A model generated the notes under the pieces. The model ran no database searches and had not been told where the DNA came from. It saw nothing but the letters and a program-made list of their open reading frames with translations. This document shows positions 41,073 to 62,799 of a stretch of DNA of 64,000 nt, in pieces. Positions within the stretch are counted from its first letter, which is position 1. Each line of letters starts with the position of its first letter. The stretch lies in assembly GCF_009914755.1 (NCBI RefSeq), contig NC_060931.1, one strand, 5' to 3'. Position numbers and translations under genes: made by a program. This DNA comes from the human T2T-CHM13v2.0 reference genome, Homo sapiens.

Positions 41073-42085
41073 TTAAAGACATATTATCGTCAAACTAAGA
41101 TTGTTCTTCCTTGAAGAACTTTACTAACTTTACATCCAGTGCTAGCTAAAATTCCTCATACCCCACCAGTGATCCAGCCGTCCATATCTCACACTTTCTA
41201 TACTCTCTCTAATGGCTCGGAATCTGTTGAGCTGTGTGTCATAGGAAACCCAGTAACAGTGGCTTAAACTCATGCAGATTTAGTGTCCTCTTGTTGCAGA
41301 AAGTATGGAGGTGGGCCGTGTCCAGAACTGGAGCAGTGCCCCACCTGTCATCAATGCACCAAGACTTTTTTTTCTTTCTCTTAGGCCTTCCTAAGTGAGG
41401 GCTTTTGTTCTCGTGGTCTCAGGATGGCTCTCCAGCCCCACACCCCCAAACCTCATTCCAGGGCAGAGGAAGGAATGCAAGTGTGTCTTCTTTCTCTTCT
41501 CTGCTCCTTTTTTATTATTTCAGTCTAATTTTAATGGTTCCAAAAGGAATTGAGGCAATTGCTGGTGGGCAGCCTACCATGTTAAACAGAAGTTGATTAT
41601 TTATGTTTTAACAAGAGATGTGGCTGGGCGCAGTGGCTCACGCCTGTAATCCCAGCACTTTGGGAGGCCGAGGTGGGCAGATCATGAGGTCAGGAGATTG
41701 AGACCATCCTGGCTAACACGGTGAAAACCCATCTCTACTAAAAACAAAAAATTAGCCAGGCGTGGTGGCAGATGCCTGTAGTCCCAGCTACTCCAGAGGC
41801 TGAGGCAGGAGAATGGCGTGAACCCGGGAGGCAGAGCAGCTGGCCAGCCCTCCAGGAAATCTCAGCTAGTCTACTTTGGAAAGTTGTCCTAATCACTGCT
41901 GGAGCAATCACCAAGTTGAGGGTAGGGACTGTGTCTTTTCTGTATTCTTCACTCTCTCTCCGGAAGCCTCAGCCCTTCACATCTCTAAGCCCAGGTCCCA
42001 GAACAATTATAATTCTCATTCCAATTACTTTAAAAAAATTCCTGGGATTAGCTGAGCTCAATACATATGAAGGTGGGGAATGTTA

Positions 42086-42439
<354 letters not shown>

Positions 42440-42508
42440 TCAAGTTAATCATAATCTTGAACATACATTTTCTTCTGTCAGTTGAAACCTTCCAATTATT
42501 ATTAAAAC

Positions 42509-42546
42509 TAATGGCAAAAACCACAATTACTTTTGCACCAACCTAA
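42509..42546. mobile_element. Half MADE1 / Hsmar1 inverted terminal repeat
   Basis: TAATGGCAAAAACCACAATTACTTTTGCACCAACCTAA followed by TA. Confidence 0.85.
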
Positions 42547-42913
42547 TACTTTAACATTTGGTATGTTAAAATATGAATGACTTAAAACAGGAAAATTGAG
42601 ATTTGATAGGCAACGATAATAATAGTTAAGGTTTATTGATCACTTTCTAATCCTTTTCATTCCTTTTTTTTCTGGTTAATGTGGGATTTCTTACTAAACT
42701 CGGTGAGAGTGCTTATATCTAATCATTGAGAGGGATTTGGCTTTCATTGATAAAACCATTGGTAAAAGGCTGTTTTCAGGATTATGGCAACTTCTCAATG
42801 CCAGCAGCAACCTGTCTGAAAGGTGAGAGATCTGAGCATATTAAACCTGGCGTACCCATGTGATTTATAGGAACTATTAAGGATTATCAGGAAAAGTCCC
42901 AGGAAACAACCAG

Positions 42914-42991
42914 TGTGAACACAGCGTGTTCGTGGGTGATGTGAATACAGCGTGTTTGTGGGTGATGTGAAAACAGTGTGTTCGTGGGTGA
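42914..42991. repeat. 3 x 26-bp tandem repeat TGTGAA(C/T/A)ACAG(C/T)GTGTT(C/T)GTGGGTGA
   Basis: Units at 42914-42939, 42940-42965 and 42966-42991. Confidence 0.9.
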
Positions 42992-43231
42992 GGAGTTCTC
43001 TGGTCCAGGCTCCGTGGGAAAGTGGATGGAAAGTGCATGCTCTGGGCACTGCTGCCATCTGCTGCTGCCTTGATTCAGGAAGGCATTTTGCAGATCACAG
43101 GCAGGGAGACGACAAAAAAAAAAAACACCAAAGCTCATTTTGTTGACATTAAATGTTCAACGTTTCTATTGCTGGGCATTTGACACAAATATGTTCATTT
43201 ACTTTTCTTTGATTCATGAATGTCTTCAGGT

Positions 43232-43318
43232 ATTTGCAAAGGACAAGAGGCTTCCATTTGGTAATTTACGTCTATTTCCCATCATGCAACTACATTTATT
43301 TTGAATATCAGTTTGCAT
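43232..43318 (+). promoter_or_regulatory. RNY4 distal sequence element: SPH site plus degenerate octamers
   Basis: TTTCCCATCATGCAAC at 43275-43290 (about -219), flanked by one-mismatch octamers ATTTGCAA (43232-43239) and GTTTGCAT (43311-43318). Confidence 0.7.
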
Positions 43319-43427
43319 TAAGCTATTTAAAATTAAAGGAAGATAATCAGATAATGTATGGCTTTTTGCAGTATTATTTTGTAGGGGTCATATAATATCA
43401 GACTTTTTGGAGAATTCTTAAAATAAC

Positions 43428-43472
43428 TCATCCTAACTTATTTAGAGTAGCCACTTCAGAGATTTATAAAAT
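43428..43472 (+). promoter_or_regulatory. RNY4 core promoter: PSE (43428-43446) and TATA (43463-43472)
   Basis: TCATCCTAACTTATTTAGA at -66; TTTATAAAAT at -31. Confidence 0.8.
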
Positions 43473-43493
43473 GAAAGTGAAAGCAGTTTTTCT

Positions 43494-43589
43494 GGCTGGT
43501 CCGATGGTAGTGGGTTATCAGAACTTATTAACATTAGTGTCACTAAAGTTGGTATACAACCCCCCACTGCTAAATTTGACTGGCTTTTT
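43494..43589 (+). ncRNA. RNY4: Y4 RNA, 96 nt
   Basis: GGCTGGTCCGATGGTAGTGGGTTATCAG...CCCCCCACTGCTAAATTTGACTGGCTTTTT matches human Y4 as recalled. T5 terminator, TATA at -31, PSE at -66, no poly(A) tail or TSD. Confidence 0.98.
43585..43589 (+). terminator. Pol III T5 terminator of RNY4
   Basis: GGC-TTTTT-A at the 3' end of Y4. Confidence 0.85.
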
Positions 43590-43853
43590 ACCATTTGATT
43601 TTGTATTTCAATCAAACAAGCTAACTTTACAAAATATTCATGTTGGGGGGAAAGCATTCTTACATGAATGTCCCCCTCCTTTTCTTTTTAGGGTCTTACT
43701 GTGTTGTCCAGGTTGGAGTACAGTAGCACAATCATAGCTCACTGTAGCTCTAAACTCCTGGGCTCAAGCAATCCTCCTACCTTAGCCTCTTGAGTAGCTG
43801 GGACTACAGACACATGCCACCATATCCAGTTATTTTTTTTTTCTTTTTTGTAG

Positions 43854-44216
<363 letters not shown>

Positions 44217-45255
44217 TGACAGCGCTGTGTCCCCCAGCCCTCATATTTATTCACAATCCTTGCTGCACTTTATCTCCAGAATAAAAACCAGTCCGATCCA
44301 AAACAGACAGTGTTTGTGTCTGTTTCAATTTTCTGCTCAACCGATTCTGTTCGGTGGAGTCTCTCCAAGAAACTTCTCAATTAAGCTTTCATCAACATTG
44401 TTTCAGCATCAGAGTTATTTTTTTCCTTTCCTTGTTTGCTTCCGTCTCTACGGAATGGAATGATCAACTTCCTGATGCACCAAAGGGTTAACAACAAAGG
44501 CCTCCTGGAAAAGGAAGAAAAGCGGCCACAGAAAGCTGATTCCTGGGCAGCCGCCCTGGGCCTGAGAGGCAGCATCGCCTTGTGCTGCTGGTGAGAGGGT
44601 CTCAAGAATGGCTGAGGGTGCGACCCCTGAGCCTTGATGCCTTGGCCACATTTCTCAGTCCTCCCAGTCCTGGCCCCAGGGATCAGGACCACCCCAGCAG
44701 CTGTTGTAGCCCAATCATGATCACCACTATTTCTTGTAAAAAAAGATCCCTGAGGCAGTCAGCAGCTCCAAGAACATTTGATTGTCCAAGAAAATGCCGA
44801 CCCCAAAAGGGGAGGGATTCTGTGTAAGGAAAGGAATGGGGTGGCTTTATCACCATCCTACACCAAATAAGAACGCCTAGGAGGAGGCAGGGATGCCGGC
44901 TCGCTGTTTTAGGAGGAAACAGGGAGGGGGACAAGTGTGCCTTTAAAACGATAGTTAGGGTCAGATGCGGTGGCTCACGTCTGTAATCCCAGCACTTCGG
45001 GAGGTCAAAGCAGGTGGATAACTTGAGGTCAGGAGTTCGAGACCAGCCTGCCAATGGTGAAACCCTGTCTCTACTAAAAATAGAAAACATTTTTCAGGCA
45101 TGGTGGTGGGTGCCTGTAATCCCAGCTGCTCTGGAGGCTGAGGCAGGAGACTCGCTTGAACCTGGAAGGCGGAGGTTGCGATGAGCCCACATTGTGCCAT
45201 TGCACTCCAGCCTAGGTGACAGAATGAGACTCCATCTCAAAAAAAAAAAAAAAGA

Positions 45256-45911
<656 letters not shown>

Positions 45912-46042
45912 TAGATGACTGTACATACCACATTGCGTTTACTCATTCATGTCCCTCGATGGGTACTTGGTTGCTTCTACCTTATGGCTAATTGTGAACT
46001 ATGCTGCTATGAACACAGGTGTACACATATCTTCCCTTCTAG

Positions 46043-46435
<393 letters not shown>

Positions 46436-46547
46436 TGAGCTCAAGCTATGTTCCCACCTCAGTCTCCCAAAGCACTGAGACTACAGGCTTGAGCCACCGT
46501 GCCCGGCCAGATTCTTTCGGGTTCACACCCAGAAGTGGAATTGGTGA

Positions 46548-46770
<223 letters not shown>

Positions 46771-47121
46771 TAGCCAGGATGGTCTCAATCTCCTGACCTC
46801 GTGATCCGCCCACCTCGACCTCCCAAAGTGCTGGCATTACAGGCGTGAGCCACCGCGCCCAGCCGGCAATGCTATTTTTAATTTTTTGAGGAACTGCCAG
46901 ACTGTTTTCCACAGCGGCTGCACCATTTTCTGTTCCCACCAGCAGAGTGCAAGCGTTCCAATTTCTCCATGTCGATTCATTGTTTTTGGTCATATCTCAC
47001 AAGTCAGTCAGCCAAGGTGGGTGGGGTCACGGCGTTCCTAAAATATTATACTTAAAAACGAGCGCAATCCTGGCCCTCGGTGTCAACCAGCTGACAGGGC
47101 CGAACGACCGCTGGGCCTCTG

Positions 47122-47135
47122 GCGCCCCCTGCAGG
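47122..47135 (-). promoter_or_regulatory. Candidate CTCF site
   Basis: Reverse complement CCTGCAGGGGGCGC matches CCASYAGRKGGCRS at 13/14 positions, within a CpG-retaining unique patch. Confidence 0.6.
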
Positions 47136-47566
47136 ACGCAGACAGGGTGACAAGCGCTGGCTCGAACCTGGACAGCCCATGGGAGATGCTGCTCGGGGCT
47201 GGCCTGGTGGTGCCGATACTCGCCTCTCGCAGAGGCTCCAGGCAAGTCCCAGAGAAGGTGAGGCTCCCTGGGAGCCTTCACGCAGGAGAACAAAAGAAAG
47301 CCCGGTGTTCCCGCTCCTCACATAAGAAGCATCAGGGTAAGTGTGGGGGGCGCACAGAGAGGCAAAGACACATAGGGGTTTTTTATATATATAGCAAGAC
47401 ATATATATATATGTCTTGCTGTGTTGCCTAGGCTGGAGTGCAGTGGCGCCATCTCAGCTCACTGCAACCTCCGCCTCCCAAGTTCAAGCAATTCTGCCTC
47501 GGCTTCCCTAGTGTGTGGGATTACAGGCACGTGCGCCACCAAGCCCGGCTAATTTTTGTATTTTAA

Positions 47567-47866
<300 letters not shown>

Positions 47867-47894
47867 TGAAAGTTTTTTCAAAGTAAGAGAATAA

Positions 47895-48235
47895 TCGAGC
47901 AGACATTTGTTACACTGATGTTCCTAGCACCAGTATCCACAACAGCCACAGGGTGGAAACCCCAAATGCTCCTCTATGGATGAATGGATAAACCAGCTGT
48001 GGTGTGTTTCCACATTAGAATACTAGAGTTCTCAAATTCATACACACAGGGAGCAGAATGGTGGTGACCTTGGAGCTGGATTGTGGGGGAGAGGAGCTTA
48101 GAATGGGAAGTTGTTATTTTTGAGTATGGAGTTTCAGTTTTTGCAAGATGAAAACATTCTGGAGATTGATTATGTACAATGTGAATGCACTTAACACTGA
48201 ATGTACGGTACACTTAAAATGGCTAAGACGTTAAA
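47895..48235 (+). mobile_element. L1MB-type 3' fragment
   Basis: GATGAATGGATAAA, GAGTTTCAGTTTTTGCAAGATGAAAA and TACACTTAAAATGG motifs. Confidence 0.65.
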
Positions 48236-48928
48236 ATGAGCTTTGTTTTTTTCATGCCATTCTCCCGCCTCAGCCTCCCGAGTAGCTGGGACTACAGGCG
48301 CCCGCCACCAAGCCCGGCTAATTTTTTGTATTTTTAGTAGAGATGCGGTTTCACCGTGTTAGCCAGGATGGTCTTGATCTCCTGATCTCCTGATCCGCGC
48401 AACTCGGCCTCCCAAAGTGCTGGGATTACAAGCGTGAGCCACCATACCCAGCCTTTTTTTTTTTTTTTTTTTTTTTTTGACAGAGTCTCAATTCTGTCAC
48501 CCTGGCTGGAGTGTAGTGGTGCAACCTTGGCTCACTGCAGCCTCCACCTCCTGGGTTCAAGCAATTCTCATGCCTCAGCCTCCTGATAGCTGTGATTACA
48601 GGCATATGCCACCACACCCAGCTAATTTTTGTCTTTTTTAGTAGAGATGGGGTTTCGTCATGTTGGCCAGGCTGTGCTAGAACTTCTGACCTCAAGTGAT
48701 CCGCCTGCCTCAGCCTCCCAAAGTGCTGGGATTACGGGCATGTGCCATAGCACCTGCCCTCACCTACATAATTTATGGGCGGTCCACAGCCACCTAGTAC
48801 AACTCCAGGGCATGAGTCTCAGTCCAGTCTACATTCTAGACTCTGCAGGAATGGTGGCTCCGAGAGTCATGCAGGGCACAGCCCACTTGGTCATCCACGG
48901 TGGCACTGTGGCCCTTAGGATAGAGGCC

Positions 48929-49627
<699 letters not shown>

Positions 49628-49763
49628 AGGCCAAAAAGGTCACATTTTCAGCAGGCTTGCCCTGTTCACCAGAGCCAGTGCTTCCCAAATCTGTACAGCA
49701 GGAGCCTAAAAAAGCAGAGGCCCAATGCCAAGGATTACATTTTCTATTTTAATCAAAAGATGA

Positions 49764-50131
<368 letters not shown>

Positions 50132-51164
50132 TAATAGAGATGGGGGTCTCACCATGTTAGCCAGGATGGTCTCGATCTCCTGACCGCCTGTCTCGGCCTC
50201 CCAAAGAGCTAGGATTACAGGCGTGAGCCACCATGCCCAGCCTAAGTTTTGCATTTTTAGTAGAGACGGGGCCTCACCATGTTGATCAGGCTGGGCTTGA
50301 ACTCCTGAGCTCAAACAAAATATTTTCTATAATATAATGTACGATGTAATTAGAATTGAATATATTCTAATATATATTTTATTATAAGAAGCAAGATGTA
50401 ATTACTTTAATTAATCATATAAATAAGCCCACCTTAGTGCTATAAGGAGAGAGTGATCATTTACTTCAAGAGTACATTGTGCATATTCCTGTCCAATAGG
50501 TGGAAATCAATAATTACAGCATGAAGCTAATCTTTCCATGAGTTCACTTTAAAAATTCAAATATTGTAATTAGAACATTGCCCAGGCATCCAATTTAGAC
50601 TTAATGATACTTGCCAGCAGGCTCTGATGTTTTAACTGAGATGATAATTATGCTATAGATGGATTGATGTGGTGATTAACTGCTACATGTGTCACTGCCG
50701 ATAGCATTACAATTAAAACAACTCCCTTTGCAGCTCACAGCCTCATCACCTGAGGTCACGGGAACTGTTTGTCTCCCATGCTCCAGCAACACCCACTTGC
50801 CAAGTTTTTGCTTCCTATGGATATTTATTCACCATCTAATGCAGACCAACTGGCAAGACTCAAGAGAAAGCTGTACACAAGGAAAAGAAAAGAAGATGAT
50901 AGAGGAAAATAAGATAATAAAGGAAAGAAGTATTCGTGGCGGCAAACGTAGGATGTGGGTATATTCACAGATGTGAGTGTTGTCGTGACAAAGGAAAAGT
51001 CAGGCCTGTGGAAGAGAAATACCATTGAAAAACTGTCCTGGTCAAACTTCCACCAAAAAGTACAGTATGGGGAGAGAGAGTAAGTAAAAAGAGCCACTTT
51101 ACGGCAGAGAAAGCTGACAAACACACCTCAGCCAGGGGAACAAGGTATACATTACCAGGGATAA

Positions 51165-51470
<306 letters not shown>

Positions 51471-52248
51471 TGAGTAGCTGGGATTACAGGCGGGTGCCAC
51501 CACACCTGGCTAATTTTTGTATTTTTAGTAGAGATGGGGTTTCACCATGTTGGCCAGGCTGGTCTCCAGCTCCTGGCCCCATGTGATCCTCCAGCCTTGG
51601 CCTCTGAAAGTGCTAGGATTACAGGCGTGAGCCACAGTGTGTTTTTTGATTGTTTTGTTTTGTTTTCTGAGACAGTGTCTTGCTCCCAGGCTGGGGGTGC
51701 AGTGGAGTGGTGTGATTATGGCTCACTGCAGCCTCTACCTCCTGGGCTCAAACAATTCTCCCACCTCAGCTAACAAATAGCTGGGACAACAAGCGTGTGC
51801 CTCCACAATCAGCTAATTTTTTTTTTATGTTTTTGTGGAGATAAATTCTTGCCATGTTGCCTGGGTTGGTCTCAGACTCCTGGGCTCAAGTGATCCTCCT
51901 GCCTCAGGCCTCCCAAAGTGCTGGGATTATAGGCGTGAGCCACTGCGCCTGGCCCTCAGGTTAATTTTGATTGCATTGTGTAACTAGGTGGTCCCTGACT
52001 CCAGTGGCCCCCCCAAAACTTAACCCCTCACCTCTTCTATATCAATTTTCCCCACCATCTGAAAACATGCACCCATCTTAACCGTCTTGAAAAACGACGA
52101 TTCCAGCTGGGCGCGGTGGCTCACGCCTTTAATTGCGGCACTATGGGAGGCTAAGGTGGGCGGATTGCTTGAGGTCAGGAGTTTGAGACCAGCCTGGCCA
52201 ACGTAGTGAAACCGCATCTCTGCTAAAAATACAAAAATTAGCCACTCA

Positions 52249-52461
<213 letters not shown>

Positions 52462-53048
52462 CTATTCTGTATCCGGGAGGTGGATACAAATGGGTTCCGA
52501 ATGCCACTGGGCACATCCAGTAGATGTTCCCTTTAAAATGTTTTTTTGAATCCCCCTGCTTTCTCGGGTCACCAGTTCTGTCTTGACAAACCCAGTGGCT
52601 GTTGAGTCCTTCTTCTCCTTAACCCAACTCTCACATGAAGCTCCTCCCTTCTGCCTGACTCTGCTTCCCTTTCTCTGCCTTCTCCAGCCCTTGGCCTACA
52701 CAAATGTGCCTGTCCTTGATACATCTCCTACCCCACGGCTTCAGCCAGCTAGTTCCACATGAGTATCTCACTGGAACTTCAAGCAACCTCTTCACTACCA
52801 ACCTTGTCATCCTTTCCTTCTCTTTTTCAGAACTGCCTCCCTCACTCAACTTCCCTGTTTTGATTCACGGAATGATCATCGCCTCTGCCCCTCGCCGGAA
52901 ACCTTACGAGGCTTCTCCAAGGTTTCCCATCCACTGTCAATCACTTGGTTGTGTCTGAATTGTTCTTCAAAATGATTCCTCTGTTGTATTCTTTGCTTTC
53001 ATTTCCATTCTTGTCCAGCTGCTTGTCTCTAAATTATAGCAACATTTA

Positions 53049-53835
<787 letters not shown>

Positions 53836-54916
53836 TTATAAAAATCTGATTTTTGTCCCCCTCCGCCCCCCTCAAAAGCCCTCACAGATCGGTTTTGGGG
53901 AATGCTTGGAACCCAAGCAACTCATTATTTGTATAAGTGTAAATAAACCAAAAGAGTCAAACCTTTCTGCCTTTATTAAACATACTGCATGCACCTCAGT
54001 AACTTAATAGTCGCTGAAGGAAACTTTCTGTTTATAGAGTATGTCACCTACGAAATGAAGAAGAAATAGAATTAAAACATCACCGTTTTGCAACCCCTGA
54101 TGAATTAACAAAGTTAGGCAACAATTATTAACAGCTGTTAGTACCACAAAAAGAGGTAATCTGACGTTATGTACCTCTTCATCGAAGTTCAAAATACCAT
54201 TTATAAAGTAAGGCCAAAAAAGATACAACTGGAATCTGATCAAGACTCCAGACCCAACCACCCACTTACAGGAGACGCCGAGGAAGGGAGCCCTTTAAAC
54301 ACCAACACTGAGGGCAGTCATGAAGCGAACCTGTGAAAACGCCACAGGTTTCCTCAACAAGCAAATTGCAAGAGAGAGAGGGAGAAACCTGTACGTTAGA
54401 AGAGAATTAAGAGTCAGGAAGTAGATTAGTGGTTGCCAGGGGCTAGGGGGCAGGAGGGGGAAATGGGAGTGACTGCTAATGAACACAGAGATTTCATTCT
54501 GGGGTGATGAAAACGTTCTGGAATTAGATAGTGGGTGATGGTTGCAGAATCTTCTGAATATGCTAAACATAAGTGCAGTGGCGTGATCTCACTGCAGCCT
54601 CTGCCACCTGGGTTCAAGTGATTCTCCTGCCTCAGCCTCCCGAGTAGCTGAGATTAGAGGCATGAGCCACCATGCCCAGATAATTTTTGTATTTTCAGTA
54701 GAGATGGGGTTTCACCATGTTGGCCAGGCTGGTCTCAAACTCCAAACGTCAGGTGATGTACCCGCCTCGGCCTCCCAAAGTGCTGGGATTACAGGCATGA
54801 GCCACTGTGGCTGGCTGAATTGTATACTTTTAAGGGTGACTTTTATATGTGAGTTATATCTTAACTAAAAAAAAGGTTTTAAGAAATACATTAACTGGGC
54901 CGGGCGCGGGGGTTCA

Positions 54917-55378
<462 letters not shown>

Positions 55379-55785
55379 CTAGAGAAGAGGCTGGCAGAAG
55401 CTATGGGCGCTCCCTCTGGTCTTTGCTGGCCACCTACTGCTTGAGTAATGGATTTGTAGCAAGCTAGAATGTTTATTTCATGCCAAAGTGGGGGTGGCAG
55501 GGCATGGCTGATTTGAGGGGTCAGGATGAAGTGGAGAAGGTATTTTGGGCACATTCTCTGCAGCACACAAGGAAGCTCTAGTGGGCTTAGCACAGGCTTT
55601 TTGGAATTGGACAGACCTGGGTTTGATCCTAGCTTAGCCATGGAATCCTTCACGCCACATCCCAGATTTGCAGGATCATTGAATGGAGGTGTCAGTGAAA
55701 CAATCACTGTAAAAGTCAGTAATGTAGCAGCTCTACCATTAGAAAGGGATTGCAACAGATATCAGGGAACAGTGGGGTTTTTTAA

Positions 55786-56082
<297 letters not shown>

Positions 56083-56872
56083 TGACCGGGGTTAATTTTT
56101 AAGTGGTGTAAAATTGTGACTGACAGCAGGTGACAGATGCCATGGTTATGCTTTTCAGCATCCAGCTTTCTTTTCAGTACCAAGGAGGTGGACAAAGCTA
56201 AAAACCACATTTCCCAGAAGGCCCTGCAGCTGGGTCTGGAGGTGATGTAGGTTCAGCCTCTTAGATGCACTAACTCACTGCAAGACTTGAATTTCTAATC
56301 AGATGGGGTGGGGGCTGGCAGGATGAGGCTTACATTTTGCTGGGACAGACTGGAGCAGAGAGCAGGGATTCATGGCCATAACTGCCTCCTGGCAGCCGAG
56401 GATCTCCTGAAGCTGGGCAGGGGCATGAGCTCTCTCAAAGGCCCAGACCTGTGCCAGGCTTTGGGCAGTGTTGATCCCTTCTGCTTATATTAGCTAGAGT
56501 GAAGTTCATGACCAACTCAGAGGCTCCTTTGGGAATCTGATGACAGCTGTGGATCTTCTTTCCAGGAAAACACATGCACATGAGGAGGAGACAGAAGATT
56601 TTTTATAAAATACAAGGAGTGCTAGGATCTTCTAAGCCCCTCCAAGGACCAGGTCTAGAGGCTGGGAGGTCACGCCTCTCATCTCTAACTAGAGTGCATT
56701 GTCCTGGAGAAGCATGGGCCTTGCCATGGGACGGGTTCAGCCTCTGGTACTTGAGCAGAGGGACTGCCTCCCTGCCTTTGTCATGGCCCTGCAGTGTGGA
56801 GAGGCTCCAGGAGGAGTGTCTGCAGTGCGGAGGGCCAGGCATTGAGATGCAGAAAAAGGGAAGTTGCATTTA

Positions 56873-57184
<312 letters not shown>

Positions 57185-57404
57185 TTATACAGTAAATTAT
57201 CTAAAGCCTCCGAGACTCTGCAAACAAAGCAGTTAGTTACAACATGGACCTCCTCAGGCTCTGCCAAAGTTGTTCTTGGGTTGTCTGGACATCTCTCTAT
57301 CTCAAACTGAAGGGCTGTGTGTATTGGAGCAGAGGCAGTGGAGGACTTATTTTCAAAATGTAAGCCTTCACACAGACTACCCTGTTTGTGGAAGGGGCCA
57401 TTCA

Positions 57405-58085
<681 letters not shown>

Positions 58086-59164
58086 TCAAACTCATATTTC
58101 TATCATTTTATGTTCAATAATTTTATATTTATATAGAATGATTTTATACCTGTTATTATTATTATACATAATATGTTAACTAAAATTTTTTTTTTCTTTA
58201 GAAAGGAGATCCTTTTACCAGTATCGCTAAGACCCTCAGTAGCTCATGTCAAACCCATCATCATTATTTGAGGGGTGGGTACAAAAACATGAGTTGTTGA
58301 TGATGAGTATGGGAAGAAATACCCAACATTCCTCCCCAAATTCTGGGCCAATTCAGGAGCCTACTCCATACAGGCAGGACAGAGGAATGAAATATGTCCT
58401 CCAATGGAGTTACAGGAGGTGGGTACAGCACAGCTGAGGAATGAGGACGTGCGCTTCCGCGGGAGGGGAACTTCAGGGAATTGCAGGAAAATCGGAGATT
58501 AGAGGATGTGGAGAGGCGGGGAAGGGCAGCCTTGCAGCTGCTTGGGATCTACTGGGATCGGACAGCAGAAAGGGAGTAAGATGAAGTGTCCCATTAACAG
58601 CCACCTGAGGAAGGGAGAGGGACTTGTCCCCACATCAGGGCCCAGGTGGCTGTGAGCCGCATCATTCAGACCCCAGGCTCAGACTGAAAAACAACAGAAC
58701 AAACGGCTCTCCCTGGGGCCTGGGAATCCCAGGAGAGAGTAATAATAATCATTCCAGGAGGGAACTTGCTGGGGTGTCTGGCTTATCACCCCGCACAGGG
58801 CAGGGAGCTGTCAGAGAAGACCTAAAACAATCAGAAACCAACTAGAAGGTGGCTGGCTTTTCATGATTTTCATGGCGATGCCCTGGCAATTTTAAACAAT
58901 GACAACAAGAAAAGGCTCCTCCCCCAAAGCCTCTATTGGTCTAAATTCTAAAATGTTGCTGCAGTTGCCCCTGGATTTCAGTCATATACATGTAGGATTG
59001 GAATGAGCACATTTTAAGTCTTCCCTTTACTACGCATCATATGACTACATGAGAGTTAATTTGGAGAACTCTCAAGCCAACACGACGTGCAGACTCAGTT
59101 AAAACATTTGTTTGAAGAGTGAGTTCCTTTAGGTTCCCCAGGACTCACATGGTTAGTAATAAAC

Positions 59165-61880
<2,716 letters not shown>

Positions 61881-62218
61881 TTAAATTGATTGTGTGTATG
61901 TGAGAGAGAGAGAGAGAGCGTCTCATTCTGTCACCCAGGCTGGAGTGCAGTATCACGATCTCGGCTCACTGCAACTTCCATCTCCTGGCGCAAGCGATTT
62001 TCATGTCTCAGCCTCCCGAGCATCTGGGATTACAGGCATCTGCCACCACACCCGGCTAATTTTTGTATTTTAGTAGAGACGGGGTTTTACCATGTTGGCC
62101 AGGCTGGTCTCGAACTCCTGACCTCAGATGATCGGTTCGCCTCGGCCTCCCAAAGTGCTGTGATTACAGGCAGGAGCCACCGGTCCGGCCAAAATTTTAT
62201 ATTTTAAAAATCAATTTA

Positions 62219-62542
<324 letters not shown>

Positions 62543-62799
62543 TTAATGTAAAAGTGAAAACACACAGCCTTTACGCAGGGAACACAAGATATAATACTTG
62601 GTAGGTGGAAAGTTCATTTCATAACATGAAATCTTTTTCTAAATTTGAAAAAAAAAAACTTTAAAATGGACATATCTTCTTTTTTAAATTGTTAATTGCT
62701 TCTTTTAAAATTAATGGACTAATCGCAAAATCCAGTGATACATACTGATTATTTCATGCGTTTTACTGAAAATAATTTTGTAGTAAGAGGATTGTTCAA

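Noticed and set aside
42914-42991. Possible CRISPR-like array or steroid response elements
   Set aside because: No spacers between units and a human context; TGAACA/TGTTCG half-sites are 5 bp apart rather than the 3 bp of a GRE/ARE.
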